Part shown: positions 29,551-39,735 of the stretch, one piece after another
Position numbering within the stretch: the first letter of the stretch is position 1
Layout of the letters: each line of letters begins with the position of its first letter
NCBI GenBank assembly: GCA_048886685.1
Contig: JBHLKM010000011.1
Span: 79,115 to 143,114, forward strand
Length of the DNA stretch: 64,000 nt
Direction: 5' to 3'
Origin: Candidatus Hodarchaeota archaeon
Lineage (GTDB): Archaea > Asgardarchaeota > Lokiarchaeia > Sigyniarchaeales > SOKP01
The notes under the pieces: generated by a model
What the model saw: the letters and a program-made list of their open reading frames with translations, nothing else
The model's database searches: none
What the model was told of the DNA's origin: nothing
Translations under genes and position numbers: made by a program

Positions 29551-32500
29551 CTAATCAATAATTCTAATAATGGCAAGTGATAATAAATTTGTATAAAATT
29601 TAGCTAAATTACGTCTTTTCATTTCATTTAATAAATCTTCACGCTCAAAAGCAATATCATCTAATTTCTTTTCTATAATTTCTATATCTCTTTCAATAAA
29701 CTTGATTTCTTCTTCTAAATTCTGTATATCCTGTAACCTTTTCTGTTTCCTCGTTTCATCCTTCAAATTGTTTATATTTTGTAGTTGCCGTTGTGTTGGT
29801 CTATTTTTCTCATTTCTTTCTAATTTCAATTTCAATGATTCTAATTTTAAGTTTAAAACTCTTTTGTTATGTTCATAAATTTTTTTCTTTTTGTTTCTTT
29901 CTAAATTAAATATTTTATCATTCAGTTTTCTAACTTCTCTTTTCCAAATTGATGTCTTATATTTGATGATCTTTTTTGCCTTATTTTGGAGATTTAGAAT
30001 AAAATTGCTTTCCAGATTAGTTTTTTCTATGTTTTTATTGAATTGAAAGATTTTATCATAATTTTCTATATCTAAAACCACACTTTCAAAGTCCTCTATT
30101 TCTTTCCCATTTTTATCCACAATTATGGGGGAAACCTGACTTTCAATTATATATCCTTGAAATTTAACTATGAATATAAACAGAAATAATTCTTCTTGTA
30201 ATGTAATATCGGAATTGAAATATTTTCGTAAATTTTGTTTTTTTATTTCAAAAATTGTATAAACACCTTTAAACGAATCCTCTCTACAGACATCTAAAAC
30301 AGCATTAATTAATGGATGACCCAAGGCAAAAAAATCAATTTCTTCTTTTTCTCTTGCAAATTCTAAATTAAATGTACCAGTATATTCATTTTGAAGTTTG
30401 TATTTAGGATTTTTTAATAAAATATCATTGATTTTTATCTTTAATATAATATTTTCCGATTCCTTTGTTTGAACTAAATCAATTTTAATATTTTCTATGA
30501 ATCCATATCTGTTATTTTCGAGATTTAAAAACTGGTTCATAAGGAGAAATAATTCATTATGGGTTAACTTCACATCAATACAAGAGGCTAAAGAGCTGAT
30601 AAGACCTTCCATCTGGAATGATTTTTTATCTATCATTAAATCATCTAATTGCATCTCGATTTCTTTTGCTTTTTTAATCTCTTCATCTAATGTTCGATAG
30701 AATTCATTAAGTTTTTTCCTCCTCTTACCATCATCTTCAGCGAAAATAACGTTTTTAAGATCTTTTTCAACTCTACCGATAATTGGTTCGAGAATTCCTA
30801 TTGATTCTTCAAATAAATTAATTCTATTTATTAAAGCATAAACTACGTCTGTTTCAACAGTACCTTCCATATAAAAGTTATATATATAAATTTCTCTTGA
30901 TTCTTGTCCAATTCTATCAACACGCCCAATTCTTTGTTCAAGTTTCATTGGGTTCCATGGTAAATCATAGTTAATGAGTGTTCTACAAAATTGAAAATTT
31001 CGACCTTCACCTCCTATTTCCGTTGAAAGCAGTATTGAAAACCCTCGATAATTTCGGAATCTTTCAACAGCTTCATCTTTTTGTTGTTTATCTAATCCTC
31101 CATAAAAAGCTTCAACAAAATAGCTATTTTCCTGGTTTTCTAATAGCTCCTTTAAATATTTAAGAGTGTCAACAAACTGTGTAAATACTATAACTTTTTC
31201 GTTAGAATTATTAGAATATATCTGATCAATGATTTCCACTAATCTATCAGATTTAGAATCATAAGGAATTTTCTTTAATTTATTATAAAACTCCTTTAAA
31301 ATCTTTTCCTGGTTGAATATACTGAAAGCCTCTTCAGATTGCTTTTCTGTTAATTTTTTTTTATTCTTATCAAATGGTTCAGAATCAAGGAACTCTTCTT
31401 CTAATTCTAGCTGAAAATATTCAGGATCCTCTTCTTTTATAACATCTATGTTAAGAAAAATATTTTTATAACGAGTTATTTGTTCTAATCTACGCTCAAG
31501 GCTCTTGAGAATTGCATATTTAGAGCTTGTTAATAATTTCTGAAGAGTAGTTATCACAAATCCAAAACCAACATTTTCTTTGCTAATAGATGAATTATAG
31601 ATTTGAGCAAGATATAAACGAATTTCGTTATAGACTTCTAATTCTTCCTTGGTTGGATTAATTATTATAGTATTGACATTCCTTTTATTTAGAAATTCTT
31701 CTGAAAAAACATTTTTCTTTCGGTTTCTAATAATTAAATTCGATAAAGTATGATCTGCTTCTATTTTTTTAAATAAATTTTCTTTAAATGAATCGTTGCT
31801 TAGTTCTGATAGAATTTCCTTATCTGTCCAATTTTTATTTACATATCGTAGATTTTTCAACAATTTTAAAGTATTTTTAACTTCAAAGTTGTTTAAATTA
31901 TCAATTTGATTTATATTTGTAATAAGAAGATTGATAAATTGCAAGTTTTTTCTAAAATGTTCAAATTCACTAAATGAATTAAAAATTTCAGGATGTATAA
32001 GCTCAATTAAAGAATATAATTCAAATGAATGGAGTTGCAATGGAGTCGCTGTTAATAAAAGCATGCTTTCACATGTCGTGCTTAAATTCCGAGCGAGCTC
32101 ATAGTTTAGCGTTTCTCTGTATCTTCCTGTTGTAGCATTTATCAAATAACGTCTTAAATGATGTGCTTCATCAAAAATTACAATATCCCATGATATTTTC
32201 GATAATAACTCTATATATTTTCTATTTCTTGCAAATTGAAGTGAGCAGATAATTAGATTATCATAATAAAAAGGATTTTGAAATAACTGTGCACTTTTGA
32301 AATAACCTCTATTCTTTAACTCTTTTACCTTTTTACCATCATAAATTGTAAAGTTTAAGTTAAATTTGTTTTCAAGTTCGAATTTCCATTGCTGAACTAG
32401 CGATGCGGGGACTATAATAAGTATTCTCTCAGAAAGATTCCGAGCCATCATTTCCTTAATGTATATCCCAGCTTCAATTGTTTTTCCTAATCCTACTTCA

Positions 32501-33159
32501 TCTGCTAGAATAATTCTAGGAAAATGTTCTTCGGATAATCGATGTGTAACATTTATTTGATGTGGCATTAAAGATAAGCGAGAATTAGTAATACATTTAA
32601 TCTGATACGATGTGTAATAGGAATAAAACAAATGAGCCCAATATTTAAGTAAAAAATTCTTAGGAGGATGAATCCTTTTTTGAGCTATTAAGGCCTCTAT
32701 CGGAGTTGTGTATCTAGTATATATTTCATTCTCATAAATTTGAACTCTTTTACCATTATCTTTAAGAAATTCATAGGAAATTAGACCATCTTTGACCATA
32801 AAATCATTGGAATTTATTATACCAATACCTTGTTTACTTTCAATCTTTTCGTTTATATCGAAAATGAAATGAATTAGATCAATGGGATGGATTATTTTAA
32901 TAATATTATTTTTAAAAAGTACTTTATATTTGGCAACAACTTGAGTATCTTCATCATCTAAAGATTTTGAAGTCGGGATTTCTATTATTTTAATAATCTT
33001 GCCTAATCCTATGTCTGGATTTAGCCTATATATCACTAAATTTCCTAAATTAAACTTCTGTCCTTGACAATATACATTAAAACATTTGGAAAATCTTGAT
33101 TCTAATTCCTTTCCACAAAATGGACAATTATATCTAAGTGGTTCTATCTTTGAAACCAT
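29551..33159 (-). CDS. SNF2/RapA-like SF2 helicase with N-terminal zinc ribbon and C-terminal coiled coil
   Basis: LADEVGLGKT, DEAHH, LLTATP, GGEGRNFQ, YDLPWNPMKLEQRIGRVDRIGQ; CPFC...CFNVYC. Confidence 0.92.
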   Translation of the reverse strand: MVSKIEPLRYNCPFCGKELESRFSKCFNVYCQGQKFNLGNLVIYRLNPDIGLGKIIKIIEIPTSKSLDDEDTQVVAKYKVLFKNNIIKIIHPIDLIHFIFDINEKIESKQGIGIINSNDFMVKDGLISYEFLKDNGKRVQIYENEIYTRYTTPIEALIAQKRIHPPKNFLLKYWAHLFYSYYTSYQIKCITNSRLSLMPHQINVTHRLSEEHFPRIILADEVGLGKTIEAGIYIKEMMARNLSERILIIVPASLVQQWKFELENKFNLNFTIYDGKKVKELKNRGYFKSAQLFQNPFYYDNLIICSLQFARNRKYIELLSKISWDIVIFDEAHHLRRYLINATTGRYRETLNYELARNLSTTCESMLLLTATPLQLHSFELYSLIELIHPEIFNSFSEFEHFRKNLQFINLLITNINQIDNLNNFEVKNTLKLLKNLRYVNKNWTDKEILSELSNDSFKENLFKKIEADHTLSNLIIRNRKKNVFSEEFLNKRNVNTIIINPTKEELEVYNEIRLYLAQIYNSSISKENVGFGFVITTLQKLLTSSKYAILKSLERRLEQITRYKNIFLNIDVIKEEDPEYFQLELEEEFLDSEPFDKNKKKLTEKQSEEAFSIFNQEKILKEFYNKLKKIPYDSKSDRLVEIIDQIYSNNSNEKVIVFTQFVDTLKYLKELLENQENSYFVEAFYGGLDKQQKDEAVERFRNYRGFSILLSTEIGGEGRNFQFCRTLINYDLPWNPMKLEQRIGRVDRIGQESREIYIYNFYMEGTVETDVVYALINRINLFEESIGILEPIIGRVEKDLKNVIFAEDDGKRRKKLNEFYRTLDEEIKKAKEIEMQLDDLMIDKKSFQMEGLISSLASCIDVKLTHNELFLLMNQFLNLENNRYGFIENIKIDLVQTKESENIILKIKINDILLKNPKYKLQNEYTGTFNLEFAREKEEIDFFALGHPLINAVLDVCREDSFKGVYTIFEIKKQNLRKYFNSDITLQEELFLFIFIVKFQGYIIESQVSPIIVDKNGKEIEDFESVVLDIENYDKIFQFNKNIEKTNLESNFILNLQNKAKKIIKYKTSIWKREVRKLNDKIFNLERNKKKKIYEHNKRVLNLKLESLKLKLERNEKNRPTQRQLQNINNLKDETRKQKRLQDIQNLEEEIKFIERDIEIIEKKLDDIAFEREDLLNEMKRRNLAKFYTNLLSLAIIRIID

Positions 33160-33229
33160 TATCTTTATATTGTACTTAATATAAGGAAAACTAAAAATTT
33201 TAGTATTTTAAATTAACAAGGATTAGGAA

Positions 33230-34096
33230 ATGTCAGAAGTTGGGATAGAACCAACATATGTTGGTAAAAATGAGAATTTAAAGTTTAAAGCACCAACAGA
33301 ACTCTTTAGAATGAGAATACAGTCTGTTGACAAAATAGATAGTGAAATTTCAAAAAAATATAGTAAATATATGCAAGAGACGTTTAAAGGTTTTCAAGAA
33401 GCTAGAAAGACTAAATATGGGAATGAAAATAATAAAAAAACAGAAACTGACGCTAAATTTTGGCAAGAGTTTGAATTGAAAGCAAAAAAATTAGGTGTAG
33501 ATCTTCTAGGATATACTCCACTTATTCAGGATTTCATTTTCTATAATCTTAAAGTATATGGACAAAATTTAATAATTTTAGGGATGGAAATGAAATGGGA
33601 TGAAATCAAAACAGCTCCAAGCATTATTTGCGGTATTGAAGCTTTTCGGGTATTTTATGAATTAGGAGAGATCACTATTCAATTAACAGAGTATCTAAAA
33701 GAACTTGGATATAAGTGTGAAGCTCATCATCCTTTTGGGGGTAAATTTTTATTCCCACCTCATGCTGTTGCAGCAGGATTGGGGATAATGGGAAGAAATG
33801 GCCTTGTTATCACACCTGAATTTGGACCTCGTCAAAGATGGGCAATAATTTCTACTGATGCTGAAATACCAACTCCAGTTAAAAACGATTTAAAAGCATT
33901 AGAAGATTATTGTAAAGAATGTGGTTCCTGCATCAGGGGGTGCAAAGGCGGTGCTGCCTATGAAACACCAATTTATCATACTAACTCACCAGTAATTACA
34001 CATATAGACCGCTCCAAATGTATCGATAGTCTGATAAATAATAATTATTGCAGTTTTTGTTTGAAAGTATGCCCTCAGGGAAACCCTAAAAAATAA
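33230..34096 (+). CDS. Reductive dehalogenase/QueG-like cobalamin and 2x[4Fe-4S] protein (short form)
   Basis: AVAAGLGIMGRNGLVITPEFGPRQR, CKECGSCIRGC, C...CSFCLKVCP. Confidence 0.85.
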   Translation: MSEVGIEPTYVGKNENLKFKAPTELFRMRIQSVDKIDSEISKKYSKYMQETFKGFQEARKTKYGNENNKKTETDAKFWQEFELKAKKLGVDLLGYTPLIQDFIFYNLKVYGQNLIILGMEMKWDEIKTAPSIICGIEAFRVFYELGEITIQLTEYLKELGYKCEAHHPFGGKFLFPPHAVAAGLGIMGRNGLVITPEFGPRQRWAIISTDAEIPTPVKNDLKALEDYCKECGSCIRGCKGGAAYETPIYHTNSPVITHIDRSKCIDSLINNNYCSFCLKVCPQGNPKK

Positions 34097-34194
34097 TTAA
34101 TATAAATTTTTCATAATCAATTTATAATAGTTAGATTCAAAATATAAACACCATTTTATATAAACAGAATATTACCTATTTTTCTTGATAAAGA

Positions 34195-36957
34195 ATGACT
34201 GAATCTAACAAAGAGATAGCAGGTAAGGGTATCAAGAGTACAGCATCAATAGAAACCCTTAAAAAAGTAAATATTGCTGCTAACTATTGCTATAATTGTA
34301 ACCGATGTAATAATGTTTGCCCAACCGCTTTTCTCGACACTTTTTACCCTCGCAGCTTAATTACAGATTTAACTTTCTTAACACCAGAGGAAGCTTTAGA
34401 AAATAATGACATATGGAAATGCTTAACATGCGGATTGTGTTCAGTATATTGTCCAATGACAAAGGAAGAGATCGGAGTTAATTTTACCAAAATTATCAAA
34501 GATCTGCGTACCTTGGCATCCGAATATGAACCATTAAAAGAGACTTTATTGAGTTGTAATCATGAGAGAGCATATTCAAGTTTACCAAAATTGATGGCGG
34601 ATGATAAAATCAAATTTACCAATAGAACTGGATTTTTAGAAGGGAAAGGATTAAAAACTACAGATAAAGGAGAAATTGGGTACTTTATGGGATGTGTACC
34701 TTTCCTAACAGGTATCGCACCTTGTGTTGTAGGATGCCCTGCAGGAGTTGATGTTCAAGGATACATATCATTAATCTCAGAAGGTAAATTTCAGGAATCC
34801 ATCGATTTAATAAGAGATAAAAATCCCCTTCCCTACTTATGCGGAAGAATTTGTACTGCACAATGTGCATTAAACTGTAATCGTCAATATTTTGATGATC
34901 CCGTCGCAATTAGGGAACTTAAAAGATTTGTTTCTGATTGGGAAGCGGAAAATCCTAATCAAGGTAAAATAAAACCAGTACCACAAACAAAAGAAAAAGT
35001 TGCTATTATTGGAGCGGGACCAGGTGGATTATCAGCCGCCTATTTTCTCGCAAGAATGGGGTATAAACCAACTATTTTCGAGAAAGGTGATAAAACTGGA
35101 GGTGTGGTTAGATATGGAGTTCCTCAGTACAGGCTTTCTGATGAAGCACTTGATCACGATGTCGATTTTATAAAAAGTATAGGTGTAGAAGTTGTTTTAA
35201 ACAAAGAATTCGGCCCTAATTTTACATTGGAAGATATCTGGAAAGAGGGTTATAAGGCAGTTTTTATAGCTGTAGGACTATATATCCCAAAAACTCTCAA
35301 ACTTGAGGGTGAAGATTTACCCCATGTAGATGTAGCACTTGATTTCCTTTTAGAGAGAAAATATAAATGTTCAGAAAATCCTGAAGAATTTAAAGGTAAA
35401 ACTTTTGGGATAATTGGTGGAGGAGCTGTTGCTGTTGATGTAGGTGAAACTGCTGTTCGTCTAGGAGCAACCAAAGTTGATCTTGTTGATATCTTAACCG
35501 AAGAAGCTCTAAAAAATGTGTTTAAAGATTTGCACGAAGCTGAGAGGCAGGTAATGGAATACCATTTTGAAACGTCCACGGCAAAAATTACCCTAGAACC
35601 TAACGGTAAATTAGCTCTAAATTGCTATAAAATAGAATGGGGTGACCCTGATCCTGAAACAGGGAGAAGACCTTTAAATAAAATTGAAGATTCAGAATTC
35701 AAAATCATAGTCGATAACATTGTTATAGCAATTGGACAGGGGCTTGATCCAGAACCACTTAATGCTGCTACGGATAATCAGTTGAAAATTGAACGAGGCA
35801 AAATTGTAGTTGATGATTTAACATATGAAACTGGAATTCCGGGTGTTTTTGCTGGAGGGGATATTATTTATAATTCTTTAATGTGCGCTGTTGATGCTAT
35901 TGGAGATGGTAGAGAAGCAGCATTCACTATTGATCGCTATCTCCGAGGAATTGATTTAAAAGAAGGAAGAATAAGAAAGGATGACTTGAAAAGATCTGCT
36001 ATTCCAAAAAAATATATACTAACACAAGCATGTCAAGAAATGAACTTTATGCCCAGTTCCGAAAGATTGGTTTGTTTTGATGAGATGGAATTAGGATTTT
36101 CCGAGGAACAAGCGAAAAAAGAGGCTAATCGTTGTTTAAATTGTAATTGTTGCTGTAATCCTGACCAAATCCCGGAAGATTTTGAAAAAGCACTTGACGA
36201 TTCTGGAGTTATGATATGTGATTATGGAAGTCAAGATAATTGGCGATCTTTGAATGCTCCTGATTACTTAGAAATTCCTAAGAGAGTTATTGGTATTTTA
36301 AACCAAAATGATATTTTTCCGGTTGTATTACCTGAAGAAAAATGCTGTGGTCATGATAGTCTCTGGCGAGGAGATCTTGAAACCTTCAAGACATTAGCAG
36401 AGTACAATGTTAAATTATTTAAAAACGCCGGAGTTAAGACTTTGATCTTTAATTGCGCTGAAGGATATTACACTTGGAAAAATGAATATAAGGACCTCTT
36501 TAAGGGTACTGACGAATTTGACTTTGACGTTTATCATATATCTGAATATATCTTGAAAGAAAAACTTTTAGAAGATGTATCATATCCAAGTTTAGACAAA
36601 ATTAAAGTTACTTACCATGATCCGTGCAGACTTGGAAGAATGAGTAAGGTTTTTGATGCTCCACGTGAGGTATTGAAACTAATCCCTTTTGTTAAATTGG
36701 TTGAAATGGAAGATAATATGGAAAATGCCGAATGCTGTGGAGTATCTGCTTATATTTCTTGCGATCAGGATTCAAAAAAGCTTCAAAAGAAAAAAATCTC
36801 TCAAGCAATTGAAACAGGAGCAGAATACCTCATTACCGCATGTCCCAAATGTATTGCACATTTAAATTGTTATTTAAATGAAAACAGAGAATTAAGGAAT
36901 AAAATAAAGGTAATTGATCTTGTTAGCTTCATAGGGAGTCTACTCTTTTTGGTGTGA
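34195..36957 (+). CDS. HdrD-like (HdrC-type Fe-S plus two CCG domains) oxidoreductase with an inserted NfnB/GltD-type FAD module
   Basis: CYNCNRCNNVCP, CLTCGLCSVYCP; YFMGC...CCGH; PCVVGCPAG, CGRIC..C..NC.R, GAGPGG, GGGAVAVD, FAGGD; YHDPC.LGR, CCG, ACPKC. Confidence 0.9.
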   Translation: MTESNKEIAGKGIKSTASIETLKKVNIAANYCYNCNRCNNVCPTAFLDTFYPRSLITDLTFLTPEEALENNDIWKCLTCGLCSVYCPMTKEEIGVNFTKIIKDLRTLASEYEPLKETLLSCNHERAYSSLPKLMADDKIKFTNRTGFLEGKGLKTTDKGEIGYFMGCVPFLTGIAPCVVGCPAGVDVQGYISLISEGKFQESIDLIRDKNPLPYLCGRICTAQCALNCNRQYFDDPVAIRELKRFVSDWEAENPNQGKIKPVPQTKEKVAIIGAGPGGLSAAYFLARMGYKPTIFEKGDKTGGVVRYGVPQYRLSDEALDHDVDFIKSIGVEVVLNKEFGPNFTLEDIWKEGYKAVFIAVGLYIPKTLKLEGEDLPHVDVALDFLLERKYKCSENPEEFKGKTFGIIGGGAVAVDVGETAVRLGATKVDLVDILTEEALKNVFKDLHEAERQVMEYHFETSTAKITLEPNGKLALNCYKIEWGDPDPETGRRPLNKIEDSEFKIIVDNIVIAIGQGLDPEPLNAATDNQLKIERGKIVVDDLTYETGIPGVFAGGDIIYNSLMCAVDAIGDGREAAFTIDRYLRGIDLKEGRIRKDDLKRSAIPKKYILTQACQEMNFMPSSERLVCFDEMELGFSEEQAKKEANRCLNCNCCCNPDQIPEDFEKALDDSGVMICDYGSQDNWRSLNAPDYLEIPKRVIGILNQNDIFPVVLPEEKCCGHDSLWRGDLETFKTLAEYNVKLFKNAGVKTLIFNCAEGYYTWKNEYKDLFKGTDEFDFDVYHISEYILKEKLLEDVSYPSLDKIKVTYHDPCRLGRMSKVFDAPREVLKLIPFVKLVEMEDNMENAECCGVSAYISCDQDSKKLQKKKISQAIETGAEYLITACPKCIAHLNCYLNENRELRNKIKVIDLVSFIGSLLFLV

Positions 36958-37133
36958 TATAGATTTCTCATTTTTTAATATATTTTTAGTTTAACTAATT
37001 GTTTTATTCTGTTCATCTAGCTTTACGCATTTTAAAGAGAGTGTTTTTCAGAGTTAACAAGTAACCTTTAAAATTTTGATAATTTATTCTTAATAACTAC
37101 ATTCAAATCATAATTTAAAAACAAAATATAATA

Positions 37134-39068
37134 GTGAAAAACATGAGTAAAACTAAGGAAATACCTGTTCCTGATGAAATTAAAGGTTTTACCCAGGTAA
37201 GACTTGATGTCGATCTTGTTAATGGAAAATTTAGTAAGTCTAAATTATCTAATGAATTTTGTCGTGATTGGATTGGTGGATATGGATTCGGTGCAAAGGT
37301 ATTATGGGATGAATGCCCCGCTGGTGTAGATCCATTGAGCCCTGAAAATATTTTTGTATATGCTCAAGGTCCATTCCCTGGCACAATCCTACCTACATCC
37401 AGTAAATACGGAGTATTTGCTAAATCTCCATTAACCGGTCAATTTGGAATGGCTATTTCTTCTGGATCGGTTGGTGCTCAAGCACGACGCGCTGGAATCA
37501 ATATGATTGTTTTCAAGGGAAAGGCTCCAGAACCTGTTTACATGGTAGTTGATGATGATGATTATTACTTAGTGCCCTGCAAGGATACATTATGGGGAAA
37601 GGGCTGTTGGGAAACTGAAGAACTTTTACGAGAAGAATTTCAAGACCAGCGCCTGGGGATATTAACTATTGGCCCAGGTGGAGAACGCATGGGTTATATG
37701 GGATGTATTACTAATGATCGTAATAGACAGGCTGGAAGAACCGGAATGGGTGCCGTTATGGGATCTAAAAACCTTAAAGCAATATGTTTTAGAGGAACTA
37801 AAGGAATCAGCGTAGCCCAACCAGTTGAGTTTTTTAAATTAGCTAAGAAATTAATAAAAGTGGCAAATGGACCTGCTACGGCTAAATATCGAGATTTAGG
37901 CACACCAGCAGGTATAACAAGTTATAATAAACTTGGTATGATGCCTATTTTCAACCATCGTGAGGGTACTTGGGATAAAATTGATGATGGAACTTTTACA
38001 GGTGATATATTAAATCAAGATTGGGTAGTAAAGAAGGTAGCATGTTCCCAATGCTCAATAGGGTGTGATCATATTACAAAAGTACCTAAAGATCATCCTA
38101 ATTGGCCTAATCTTTATTCAAGTATCGATCAAGAGCTTTGTTATAGTTTTGGAACTGCTTGTGGTAATTTTGATTGGCCTTCTGTGTTTAAATGTGTATC
38201 TCTTACTGATGATCTAGGGATTGATGCTATAAGTGGAGGTGTAACAGCAGCTATGGCTTGTGAATGTTTTGAGGAGGGCATTATAACAAAAGAAGATTTA
38301 GGCTATGAATTACCTTTTGGTTCTACAGTGAATCTCGTAAGATTTACAGAAGAAATGATTCTGGGAAAAGGTTTTGCAGGTAAAATTTTTGGAGATGGAG
38401 TACGAGAAGCTGGAAAGAGATTAGAAGAAATGGGTAGAAAAAATGCAAGCTACTACGCTATGCATATAAAAGGTTTAGAAATGCCTGCTTTTGATGTACA
38501 TGGCATGAGCTCATTTGCTGTTGGAATGAGTGTTTCTATTCGTGGAGCTTGCCACTTGCGCAATGGATCATATGGTCTTGATGCTAAGGGCAACTTTGAC
38601 AGATTTGGTTATGATAAGCCTCTTGAGAGAGGAAAAGCAATCAAAGATTTAGAAGATATTTATGCTATCATTGATTCATACATAGTGTGTAAATTTACTC
38701 GAGGAATATATGAAAACGATGCTGAAATGGCAAAAGTCTTTGAATTAGTAACAGGAATCCCTGTGAATGAGGAATTTATACAACATCGTGGCGATGCAAT
38801 CGTAAACCTTTCAAAATGTTTCAATATAAGAGAAGGATGGACAAGAGATGATGAAAAACCACCAGAAAGATTCTTTAAGCAACCCCACACAAGAGGACCA
38901 GCTAAAGGTGTTGTTTTGAAGGAAGATGGATATCAAAAAATCTTAAGTGGTTATTATGAAGCGCGTGGCTGGGATACTAAAACAGGAATCCCAACTGATG
39001 ATACTCTAAAAAATCTTGGATTAGATTTTGTTATTGGCAAATTAAATCCTGCAGGAGGTAAAAAATAG
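37134..39068 (+). CDS. aor: Tungsten aldehyde:ferredoxin oxidoreductase family protein (second paralog)
   Basis: GGYGFG, KSPLTG, AGRTGMGAVMGSKNLKA, CSQCSIGC, KGLEMPAFD, RGACH, YYEARGWD; ATG 37143 is a likely start. Confidence 0.93.
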   Translation: MKNMSKTKEIPVPDEIKGFTQVRLDVDLVNGKFSKSKLSNEFCRDWIGGYGFGAKVLWDECPAGVDPLSPENIFVYAQGPFPGTILPTSSKYGVFAKSPLTGQFGMAISSGSVGAQARRAGINMIVFKGKAPEPVYMVVDDDDYYLVPCKDTLWGKGCWETEELLREEFQDQRLGILTIGPGGERMGYMGCITNDRNRQAGRTGMGAVMGSKNLKAICFRGTKGISVAQPVEFFKLAKKLIKVANGPATAKYRDLGTPAGITSYNKLGMMPIFNHREGTWDKIDDGTFTGDILNQDWVVKKVACSQCSIGCDHITKVPKDHPNWPNLYSSIDQELCYSFGTACGNFDWPSVFKCVSLTDDLGIDAISGGVTAAMACECFEEGIITKEDLGYELPFGSTVNLVRFTEEMILGKGFAGKIFGDGVREAGKRLEEMGRKNASYYAMHIKGLEMPAFDVHGMSSFAVGMSVSIRGACHLRNGSYGLDAKGNFDRFGYDKPLERGKAIKDLEDIYAIIDSYIVCKFTRGIYENDAEMAKVFELVTGIPVNEEFIQHRGDAIVNLSKCFNIREGWTRDDEKPPERFFKQPHTRGPAKGVVLKEDGYQKILSGYYEARGWDTKTGIPTDDTLKNLGLDFVIGKLNPAGGKK

Positions 39069-39623
39069 ATGTCAAAAACAATTAAGAAGAGAGGTGGAGT
39101 TGTTCATCAATTTATTATCGTGGATCCCAATTTATGTACAGGCTGCGAAACATGTGAAAGTGTGTGCAGTTTTGTCCATGATGGAGAATTCAATCCAATA
39201 AATACGAGAATTCATAGAGTAAGAATTGAACCCATTTTAAACGTTGCATTAGCATGCCAAAAATGTGAAGATGCTCCATGTGTTCGCAGCTGCCCAGAAA
39301 AAGCTCTCGATCAGGACAAAAAAACTGGTTCAATTATCGTTGACGATGATAAGTGTAATGGGTGCGCTTTCTGCATCAGAGCATGTGATTTTGGTGTTTT
39401 AAACTTGCATATTCAATCTCAAAAAGCTCTTATTTGTGATCTCTGCGAAACTATGAAAGATGATTACATAAATGAAGAAAGGGGTGAAAAATACCCTGCA
39501 TGTATAGATTTATGTCCAAAGGAAGCGATTTCATTAAAGAATGTCGAACAAATAGGAGAAGAAAAGCGTATTGATGCAGTAAAGAGACTCTTTGGGGATA
39601 TTTTAAAAGAAACAGAAGCTTAA
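39069..39623 (+). CDS. 4x[4Fe-4S] polyferredoxin subunit associated with AOR
   Basis: CTGCETCESVC, CQKCEDAPCVRSCP, CNGCAFCIRAC, CDLC...PACIDLCP; ATG directly follows the aor TAG, with GGAGGT RBS inside the aor 3' end. Confidence 0.92.
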   Translation: MSKTIKKRGGVVHQFIIVDPNLCTGCETCESVCSFVHDGEFNPINTRIHRVRIEPILNVALACQKCEDAPCVRSCPEKALDQDKKTGSIIVDDDKCNGCAFCIRACDFGVLNLHIQSQKALICDLCETMKDDYINEERGEKYPACIDLCPKEAISLKNVEQIGEEKRIDAVKRLFGDILKETEA

Positions 39624-39655
39624 ATTTTTTTATTTATTTCTATTTTTTTCTTTTA
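39624..39655 (+). terminator. T-rich terminator after the aor-ferredoxin operon
   Basis: ttttttatttatttctatttttttctttt directly after the stop. Confidence 0.55.
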
Positions 39656-39735
39656 TAGTTTAGGATTAGATTTTTACATGCATAATTTGTTTTCAACAAG
39701 AATTTAAATTAAAACAAGAGGAAAAACTTCATTAA

